A DNA stretch of 64,000 nt from positions 14,303 to 78,302 of the IMG/VR virus record IMGVR_UViG_3300021597_000002; one strand, written 5' to 3'. Each line of letters starts with the position of its first letter. Positions within the stretch are counted from its first letter, which is position 1. Origin of the DNA: a virus. Both the position numbers and the translations under genes were made by a program. Below the pieces are notes generated by a model. The model had not been told where the DNA came from. It did no database searches and saw only the letters and a program-made list of their open reading frames with translations. Below are positions 56,687 to 64,000 of this stretch, in pieces.

Positions 56687-58108
56687 CTAATTCCAAAGTG
56701 GTGTGTCTAACGGTGCGAAATCAGCTGGGATTTCGTCAAACCCCAGCCATGGATTTTGGTTTATCTCTGTTGGTTGCTTTAACTCAAAAGGCAAAGAGGG
56801 GTACTCTCTGACCGTGCATTCAGCTTGAGCGCTGTAAGCGATGGAACAAGATGACTGCGTTTGCTTCGTTTGAATACAGCCATGCTGGCTCACTTCCGTT
56901 TGAAATGAGCGTAACTGGATTCGATGCTGCTTAAATGGCGGAAGTTTATCGCCTTCCTTTCCAGATAATGCTGCAGTGCCGTCTTGTGTCTTCACAAACA
57001 AATCAAGGGACCAATCCGCCCCCAGTTGATAACTCATCCAGACAGGTCTAATCGTCATTCGACTTTGCCCGTGTAAAGGATCGTTTGTTGGAACGCTGTC
57101 TGCTGGCATCGCATCAAATTGATAGTGCATATTGAACGTCAAGCATGGATAACGGACGGCTGATAGAGCACCACCATCCATAGGCATAAACCCATGCTCA
57201 ATAGGAACAGAACGCTCAATCGTTGATATTTCCTGCAACGCCCCGATTACGTCGCCTTCTTTCCCCGCAAGTGGTACACGGCGATCGCCCAAATCAACGA
57301 ACAAATCAAGGGACCATGAAATATTGCCCAGAGAAAAGTCAACTTGGCTGGTTGTTACTCCACGAACATGCTCGACATATAAAGGGCTTTCATCTAACCA
57401 AGGTACGTCAGCTGGTCGCTCATCAAAAGAAGCCGTTAAGCGGTAGAACATACAGCCGCCTTTTTCGGCTATGGTCTGGCGCTTAACGTGATAACCCAAC
57501 GGCTCATAGTTGAAATTGATGGTTAGAATGAAATATTCACCGTCATACACGATATGAGAGGGGCGTAATCGTTCAATTTCTCGTTGAGCTATGGCAATAA
57601 AAGTTTCTTTAGCCATGCCCAATTGATGAAGATGCTTGAGATCAACTGCAATCTTGCCCCGAGAGGTCATCCAGAAATCATCTAGCTCCCACTGTTTTAG
57701 TTGGATCTCTTGCTCTGTATATAGATTGTCTAAGGTGTACGCTTGACTGCGGTTGGAGTAGAGAGGTTCCCATGTCACACCAAGCCCTGCGAAGTTCACG
57801 CACAAGGCATTCACGAAAGGAACGATAGTGTCTTTTTCATGAATGTTGGCTCGCTGCCAAGAAATAGACAGCCGCTTACCTGAAGAGTCGATGGGTAAGG
57901 CAGTATCAAAATAATCACCAAACTCGGCAATTTTCTTATTTAGATGTTCATCGTTGGCAGTGAAGATGTTTTTACTATCTTCAAATGTTTGGAGTTCACT
58001 GAAAAAATAGGTATCCCAGTATTCTTCCAATGCTTCAGCAAGCGCTACCCATTGGGGAGAGCCTTGTTTGCTCTTTGTAAGACGCTCAACTAACCATTTT
58101 TCAGCCAC
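56687..58108 (-). CDS. P1 gp16-like baseplate protein with internal repeats
   Basis: WLVERLT..KQGSPQW, VTWEPLY, FWMTSRG, FDEIPAD. Confidence 0.75.
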   Translation of the reverse strand: MAEKWLVERLTKSKQGSPQWVALAEALEEYWDTYFFSELQTFEDSKNIFTANDEHLNKKIAEFGDYFDTALPIDSSGKRLSISWQRANIHEKDTIVPFVNALCVNFAGLGVTWEPLYSNRSQAYTLDNLYTEQEIQLKQWELDDFWMTSRGKIAVDLKHLHQLGMAKETFIAIAQREIERLRPSHIVYDGEYFILTINFNYEPLGYHVKRQTIAEKGGCMFYRLTASFDERPADVPWLDESPLYVEHVRGVTTSQVDFSLGNISWSLDLFVDLGDRRVPLAGKEGDVIGALQEISTIERSVPIEHGFMPMDGGALSAVRYPCLTFNMHYQFDAMPADSVPTNDPLHGQSRMTIRPVWMSYQLGADWSLDLFVKTQDGTAALSGKEGDKLPPFKQHRIQLRSFQTEVSQHGCIQTKQTQSSCSIAYSAQAECTVREYPSLPFELKQPTEINQNPWLGFDEIPADFAPLDTPLWN

Positions 58109-58219
58109 AGGAAAACCTCACTCTAAATCTCGAATGAGGGTACGGTTTAAGGCAAGAACCCGCCACGACAAAAAGATTTTTTACCTATGGCGAGTATTTA
58201 TTAGGTGTTACATCGGTAT

Positions 58220-59644
58220 CTAGTAAATACTTAACTTAGCGTTATTTGTGTAATCTATGTCAAGCATCCCCATGGAAGCTTCAAGATTGATGTATATCAT
58301 TTGCTTGAGGTTTTCTGGCTCTGCTTTACCTAGAATTTCAATATCAATGTCATCTTCACTCTCAAAGATGTTTAAGTTATTCATCAGACGGTAAAGATCG
58401 CGTTTGAGGGCTTTTGCCTTTCGCTTTGAAGCGTCTTTTCCGTAGTTGTTCCAAAGAGTATCGCTGATTAACTTCTCGGCATCGGTTAGCGTAACGCTGC
58501 GTAAAAGCTTGCCAGTGATCTTGGCAGTAAATGCCTGAGCATCTACAGGGACATTCTGGTAACGGCGGTTAAATTGGGGAATGTTCTCTTTCATGTATGC
58601 AGCAATCTCGGTACCGATAGCGTCATTGTTCGGCGCATAAACACAAAGAAAGATCTTATTGACGTTCTCCAGCTTTAGTTGACCATCCATTTTCTCTTGC
58701 TCTGCCTCTCCCCATACATTACCCCAAATCACTTCAGGAAAGTGGCGCTTAATAAAGAACAGGTAATCATCATCCCAAACATGGTTGTCGTCATAGAGCG
58801 GGTAATAAAGCGCATTACGGCGTAGCTCATCTGTTTCTTCTCTGGCAGCGCCACCAGTAAAGACGGAGGCAGTTTCAAATTCGATGTCTTCTGCGTCATC
58901 ATCCACTGGCGTCAGTGGTTGGTTTGGCATTAACTTTGTGTCACCTTCAGTTAGCCATAGCTCAACTTTTACTTTTGAGTCTTTTGCTGGGATAAGTCCG
59001 AAAATATTGTTGCCAAATCGGATCCCTACCTGATCGGTATGCGAGTAAAACTCATCAAACACTTTATCAGCGCGAGCGTTGCGAAAGCGATTGGTAGGTA
59101 GCCATTCTTCATAGCCACTTCCCATATCAACAAATACTCTGAACTTATGCAGGTTAACACTGATAGAGCGCCCAAACTCAAACTCTAAGAAGGGTTGCTC
59201 TTTCTCCACAACGAACGATAGTTCATGCTGCTTAACTTGAGAGCCTTCAACAACGACCTCTCCACCAGCTGCCACACGAACACTTTCGTTAATCATGTAG
59301 TAAACCTGATCTTCAGAAACAATAGGGAAATGCGCCATGACGCTGCGATCTCGGCTCTGTTTGTTTCTGATACGGATCTGTCCACGGCTAGGTGCAGCCT
59401 TACGAGGTAGGTACTGTCGGTCTTCAGCAAGCGCTAGAATTGAACTGCGATTATAGGCAGTACTCAAATACCCCTCTTGGACCGCCCGTTCGAGTTTATG
59501 GATGGCATATTCCAAGGCGAGGTTTTGGAAGGTGTTTATCCCCTGCATTACCTGACTATCTGCCAATGGTTCTAATACCGGCTTTTTGCGGATAATGTCG
59601 GTAAAGGAAGCGCGTGCTTCTGCCTTGTTTTCAAGATTGCTCAT
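58220..59644 (-). CDS. bplA: Baseplate wedge protein BplA
   Basis: EGYLSTAYNRSSILALAEDRQY, GIRFGN, YDDNHVWDDDY. Confidence 0.85.
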   Translation of the reverse strand: MSNLENKAEARASFTDIIRKKPVLEPLADSQVMQGINTFQNLALEYAIHKLERAVQEGYLSTAYNRSSILALAEDRQYLPRKAAPSRGQIRIRNKQSRDRSVMAHFPIVSEDQVYYMINESVRVAAGGEVVVEGSQVKQHELSFVVEKEQPFLEFEFGRSISVNLHKFRVFVDMGSGYEEWLPTNRFRNARADKVFDEFYSHTDQVGIRFGNNIFGLIPAKDSKVKVELWLTEGDTKLMPNQPLTPVDDDAEDIEFETASVFTGGAAREETDELRRNALYYPLYDDNHVWDDDYLFFIKRHFPEVIWGNVWGEAEQEKMDGQLKLENVNKIFLCVYAPNNDAIGTEIAAYMKENIPQFNRRYQNVPVDAQAFTAKITGKLLRSVTLTDAEKLISDTLWNNYGKDASKRKAKALKRDLYRLMNNLNIFESEDDIDIEILGKAEPENLKQMIYINLEASMGMLDIDYTNNAKLSIY

Positions 59645-59647
59645 TGG

Positions 59648-59989
59648 CTACCTCAATGGAATATTGTTATCGAACAAGCCGAATTGATGGCTAATGACAA
59701 TGCGGCAGAGATCAAGCTCAGGAAAGGTCACTCGGATCCCCTTGATTACAACGCCTTGGACGTCACGGGGTAACTTTTCCACGATTGCCATTTCCATCAT
59801 CACTGCATCATCTTCTGTTTGTGCACAGAACTGAAACGGCGCCAAGTTATGTCCCCATGCGGGGTTGTCTGCAATAGTATGCTCTGGGTTATCAAACCAC
59901 TCTTCAATATTGTTATTGAGGGCTTTGCCATCGTAAGAGACGGCAAGCCCTGTGCTATCAACATTGAGTAGGTGATTAAGTTCTTCCAT
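59648..59989 (-). CDS. pmgA: PmgA (gp25-like baseplate protein)
   Basis: EWFDNP..NPAWGHNL..KLPRDV; between sit and bplA. Confidence 0.75.
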   Translation of the reverse strand: MEELNHLLNVDSTGLAVSYDGKALNNNIEEWFDNPEHTIADNPAWGHNLAPFQFCAQTEDDAVMMEMAIVEKLPRDVQGVVIKGIRVTFPELDLCRIVISHQFGLFDNNIPLR

Positions 59990-59991
59990 AC

Positions 59992-62712
59992 TTAGATCCT
60001 GTCATGTGCCATCAACACGAGAGTTTTATCTTCAAACTCGGTTTTAATCGGGGCTGGCACCGAAGCTGATTTTGATTGAGAGGCAGCATAACGAGGACCT
60101 GAAGAGCCTGCACTAACACCGCTTTGTTGCTGTGATTTGTTCATGGCATCAACGATAGCTTTACCTAGTTTTTTCTCATCAATTTTAGCGACAGTCTCAG
60201 TCTTTTCCGTTCGAGTCTCTTTCGTTGTCGCTTGATGAAGCGCTGCTTTTGACGGACTTATCTCTGGCAATGTTGCTTTCAGCTGCTCTGGCATTACTGT
60301 GGTTTCAGACGCCTGTGAGCTGATTGCAGCACTGGCATTCGTACTATGCATCTGATCTTTGCTGTTGGTAGCGAGCGCCTGCGCTGACTCATTGTTGTTT
60401 GTCGTTAATTCAGAGTTATCCGTGTTGTCTGTGTTGGTTGTAGCGCTTTCAGAGGACTTCTCGGCAGACTGCAGCGCTTCCGCTTCACGTTCTGCGCGTG
60501 TTTTACCATCAGTACCTTCCATTCTGTCACTGACTGCTTCGCCAACAACATCACCTCCCTTGCTTCCCAGCCATCCACCAACTGCGGCACCTAATAAACC
60601 ACCGATTAATGTCCCCACTACTGGGACCACGGAACCCATAGCCGCACCCATAGCCGCGCCGGCACTTGCACCTCCTAGCGATCCAGCGGTTGTCGCACCT
60701 ACTTGAACTGCTTTCTGAGAGCCTGTGAGATCTTCTCTATCTTTAACTTCGTTATATTTAAAGTATCCAGTCGCTAATGCTGCGACTGGGGCTGCTGCAC
60801 GGCTGGCAACGGAACCCACGGTTTTGAGTGCGCCACCAGCTGCTTTACCTACCCCTGTATTGGCTAAGCTTCCGGTTGCATTCTTTACGCCTTGTGCAAC
60901 TTTACCAAGACGGCTTGTTGGAGCTGACTTTAGAGCAGAAGCATTTGTGGCTGAAGCTGATTTAGTTCCCTTTAAGCGGTCAAACAGCGAGCCTAGTCGA
61001 CCTTTTCTACCTTTGCCTCTTCCTCGCTTGCTGCCGCCTTTCTCTTTGCCATCACCACCACCAAACATATCTGTTAGATCGCTAACGCTATCCATTAGAG
61101 AGCCGCCAGATTCGCCGCCGAACTCTTTCTTTTCGATGGTCTTAATCAGTTCCTTATGTTGGTCTTGAGAAAGCTCTACCTGCTCATCAAGACGATCCGC
61201 AATAGCTTCATTGCTGCGGACTTGCTCTCTTTCCTTTACGACATTGGCAGACGTCACACTAGCTTGCTTATGTGAGTTAACCTCACGGTGAGTTTGTTCT
61301 GAACGTTCAGGAATGTGCGAGGTGTTCGTTTTCTTTTCGGTAGTTCTATCTCTCTCATTGTGTGTATTAGTTTGGTATCTATCTAATACTACATGAGTGT
61401 TTTTACTCGCCGTTGGAACCTTGCTATTGCTATGACCATCAATATTTTGTGCGCTTGCAGTTGCATGTGTCTCTCTGTCTTTTTGAGATAGAGTGTTTTC
61501 TGAACCTTCACTTTGCTTGCTAGTATTTGATTGATACTGATTTAGTGTTTTATGGGTATCTTCTTTTCGCTGGTTTACAACAGAAGTCGCCTCTGATTGC
61601 TTAATAAAACGCCCACGCTCATCCCTGACTGGTCCTTTCTTGTTCTCTTTGGCAACCGCTTCTTTCGGTGTCGAGGTATCACTTTCTTCGTCTTCGTCTG
61701 ATTTCTTTCCGGTGACTTTCTCAATGATTTTTTGACCAAGAGAACTGTTTTTTACATCATCAGTGGCTTCTTTGACTTCTTTTGCTGCCTCCCAGAGAGA
61801 GCCACCCATAGCAGAGCCTGCAGCGTCAGTCGCTGTATCACCAGCTTCAAGCTCTTCTCTTTCCTCTGCTGCTTTTTTAAAGACATCACCAACGGTTTTT
61901 AATAGACCAGATCGCTCCCGCTTTTCCTTTTGTTCTTCTTGTGCCTGTTGGCTTGCTGTAGCACTGGGCGCTTCACCCTGAGAAGCGGTTTCATTGTTTG
62001 AGATTGGTACGGCTTGCTTAACCGGTGTCGGTTCTTGTTTGGTACGAGCATCAGGTTTACGCTTATTTTGACCAGTTGGGGCTACATCCACACTAGACTG
62101 GGGCGATTGCTTGTCATGGCTTAGTGTTTGATGGTCTGCCTGATCTTTCTGGGAAACCTTATCTGTTGAGCTTGCCGACGTCACATCCGCAATTTGGTTG
62201 GACTGTTCGCTCTTTTGGTATTGCTGCTCTATGACGCTTGCATTGCTACGCTGCTTGCTTATAGCGTTTCTCTGCTCATGAGTAAGCTCTTTATGGCTTT
62301 GTTCATGTTTCGATTGCTGAATCGACGTATCCGGCGTTTTGTTTTCACCTGCGAGCGCATGAGCTTGTGTTTTATTGGCAGAACGAGGGGCGACATTACC
62401 TTGAGACAATGTGGTGTCAGTGGATGTTACCACCTGACTAATAAGTGCTTTATTGGTGCTTGATTGGTATCTATCTAATACTGTATTGGTAGCAGTTTTC
62501 GAGCTTGAAGCCGCTTGTACACTGGTTTTGCCACCAGCAATAGACTCACGGCGAAGTAAAGCAGACGTATTGGACTCAATCTTATCAAGAATGGCTATGA
62601 TCTTCGGTTGGAAGTCTTCTGCCTGCTGTGCTTTGTCTGTCACCTGATCGACAGGTGACAGTTGAGTTGGGTCTACGACAATTTCGGTCTGTTGAGTGTC
62701 TTTGGTGGTCAC
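59992..62712 (-). CDS. sit: Tape-measure-like protein (Sit position)
   Basis: DAAGSAMGGSLWEAAKE, RDERGRF, Gly/Ala-rich TM-like region; between pmgB and pmgA. Confidence 0.7.
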   Translation of the reverse strand: MTTKDTQQTEIVVDPTQLSPVDQVTDKAQQAEDFQPKIIAILDKIESNTSALLRRESIAGGKTSVQAASSSKTATNTVLDRYQSSTNKALISQVVTSTDTTLSQGNVAPRSANKTQAHALAGENKTPDTSIQQSKHEQSHKELTHEQRNAISKQRSNASVIEQQYQKSEQSNQIADVTSASSTDKVSQKDQADHQTLSHDKQSPQSSVDVAPTGQNKRKPDARTKQEPTPVKQAVPISNNETASQGEAPSATASQQAQEEQKEKRERSGLLKTVGDVFKKAAEEREELEAGDTATDAAGSAMGGSLWEAAKEVKEATDDVKNSSLGQKIIEKVTGKKSDEDEESDTSTPKEAVAKENKKGPVRDERGRFIKQSEATSVVNQRKEDTHKTLNQYQSNTSKQSEGSENTLSQKDRETHATASAQNIDGHSNSKVPTASKNTHVVLDRYQTNTHNERDRTTEKKTNTSHIPERSEQTHREVNSHKQASVTSANVVKEREQVRSNEAIADRLDEQVELSQDQHKELIKTIEKKEFGGESGGSLMDSVSDLTDMFGGGDGKEKGGSKRGRGKGRKGRLGSLFDRLKGTKSASATNASALKSAPTSRLGKVAQGVKNATGSLANTGVGKAAGGALKTVGSVASRAAAPVAALATGYFKYNEVKDREDLTGSQKAVQVGATTAGSLGGASAGAAMGAAMGSVVPVVGTLIGGLLGAAVGGWLGSKGGDVVGEAVSDRMEGTDGKTRAEREAEALQSAEKSSESATTNTDNTDNSELTTNNNESAQALATNSKDQMHSTNASAAISSQASETTVMPEQLKATLPEISPSKAALHQATTKETRTEKTETVAKIDEKKLGKAIVDAMNKSQQQSGVSAGSSGPRYAASQSKSASVPAPIKTEFEDKTLVLMAHDRI

Positions 62713-62822
62713 GACTGCCCTGCCTTTCTATAACGTTTATGCATGGTCAATACACGGCTTCTTGGAGAGCAAAGCAGGCTGTCGATCGGTTGACCAGCAT
62801 CAAGGGATAGCTCATTGAGCAT
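62709..62822 (-). CDS. Unannotated 37-aa ORF, or frameshift extension of PmgB
   Basis: MLNELSLDAGQPIDSLLCSPRSRVLTMHKRYRKAGQS; its TGA overlaps the GTG of sit. Confidence 0.65.
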   Translation of the reverse strand: MLNELSLDAGQPIDSLLCSPRSRVLTMHKRYRKAGQS

Positions 62823-62841
62823 GACATCCCAAGAACGACTA

Positions 62842-63639
62842 CTATACTCGCGGAATCCGGCTGTAATTCCGAAAGGGAAGCAACAACTCAGTTGTCACCT
62901 CCTTGTTTTCTTTGGTCTTGATGGTAGGGCAAATATGACTAGGCGACCGCAACATAATCTTGCCATCATCCATGACTTTACTCGGCAAACCATGCACCAT
63001 ACTTGCCAACGCATCATTGACCAGCACTTGCAGCGTTTGATACTTGGTTTCTGGCAACTCACGTAGCCAGTTATTCAGGTTTGCGTCTCGCTTGTAAGCG
63101 CTTTTTTCATGGTCATCTGCCATATACAAAGCTGACTTGAGCTTATGGAAGCGGATCTCGGCTTGTTTTCGCACTGCTGCTGGCGAACCCTCTTTCTCTA
63201 CCATGAGAGCAAGACGCATATTCTCAAGCTCTTCCATATGGCTACCTGTTAACGGTGAAATCACCAACTTTCGACCTTCAAAAGTCAGATCTCGACTTGC
63301 TAGACCGCTAATCTCTTGATAACCCTCCGCTAAATCACGCATGTCAAATTCATGAGTGTGAGGTTGTTTACAGTGAGGACAGTCATAATCCAGTGAAACA
63401 AAGGTGTCTTCAGTGGTATGAATCCAGTACCAGAAAAGTGCTAGGCGACGATCCTCAGCGGTCCACCCCAAACAGTCAGAGAATGCTTCCTTATCTTGAA
63501 TGGTGTTCAGAAACTTAGTGGTTAGCGCTTCTTCGTGCTCTGGCAAAACATCACAAAAATCCAGTGTTTCTGCCGTAGTTGCCTCTCTAATGAGCACTTG
63601 CTTTATCGGCTTGCTGGGTAATGAAAACGGTGCAAACAT
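62842..63639 (-). CDS. pmgB: PmgB baseplate hub/tail assembly chaperone
   Basis: FSLPSKP, WTAEDRRLALFW, CPHC, HGLP, LPFR. Confidence 0.8.
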   Translation of the reverse strand: MFAPFSLPSKPIKQVLIREATTAETLDFCDVLPEHEEALTTKFLNTIQDKEAFSDCLGWTAEDRRLALFWYWIHTTEDTFVSLDYDCPHCKQPHTHEFDMRDLAEGYQEISGLASRDLTFEGRKLVISPLTGSHMEELENMRLALMVEKEGSPAAVRKQAEIRFHKLKSALYMADDHEKSAYKRDANLNNWLRELPETKYQTLQVLVNDALASMVHGLPSKVMDDGKIMLRSPSHICPTIKTKENKEVTTELLLPFRNYSRIPRV

Positions 63640-63641
63640 GA

Positions 63642-64000
63642 TTAACTCCGGAATTGGATAACGGTCAGAGGGAACTCTTTAAAAGAATGCTCAGAATAAC
63701 TTTGTGTGACATCCCCTAGCTGTACCGGTGCGACTGGGTAAGTCTCAGACAACACTTCTTCAAAGCCCGTGCCCTTATGGAGCAGGGTGTATTTTTTCCA
63801 GTCCCTGATCCATTTCGTCTCAGGGTTAAACGGTGGATTCACGGTACCGTCCCCGTTTGCCACTTTGCTGGTCCACTCTGCAAACCACTTGTGGATCCGC
63901 TCATCATCATGATCTCTAACAGTCATTGAGATAGAGACAGGCATAACGCCAGTAGGAAACTGCAGTTGGTTTACGCCCACCTTGACAGGTTCATATTCCA
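63642..64000 (-). CDS. tub: Tub-like tail tube/hub protein (N-terminus outside the window)
   Basis: SMTVRD..WF..NGDGTVN..PVQLGDVT..FPLT; frame open to the window edge. Confidence 0.75.
   Translation of the reverse strand, partial: EYEPVKVGVNQLQFPTGVMPVSISMTVRDHDDERIHKWFAEWTSKVANGDGTVNPPFNPETKWIRDWKKYTLLHKGTGFEEVLSETYPVAPVQLGDVTQSYSEHSFKEFPLTVIQFRS

Overview
This window is 64 kb of a P1-like, circular Vibrio-type phage-plasmid. It carries a near-copy of the VCre recombinase with its 34-bp lox site, a Rep_3 iteron replicon with a ParA/small-adaptor partition cassette, and a second TrfA-like replicon. It also encodes a MazEF-type toxin-antitoxin pair, DnaB, Dam, RdgC and NdpA. The virion and lysis genes are PacA/PacB terminase with a GATC-rich pac site, a lysis cassette, portal/protease, the Dar antirestriction genes and a baseplate/tail block. 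No P1 C1 repressor or Lpa homolog is recognisable in the window. The most notable signal is an apparent activator-based lytic switch with five parts. (1) A VqmA-like PAS-LuxR protein. (2) Next to it, an HTH gene preceded by both a 20-bp palindrome centred at -43.5 and a LexA box. (3) A paralog of that HTH gene heading the rdgC-trfA operon. (4) An AphA-like regulator. (5) About 12 promoters sharing the architecture CAACA-N6-TGTTG-N23-YAnnnT, two of which appear to drive unannotated small RNAs. Separately, 11 dispersed arrays of RGTRYY hexamers with 11-bp periodicity (three inside the tape-measure gene) look like a multi-site centromere/operator system. All homology calls come from motif recognition by eye; no searches were run.
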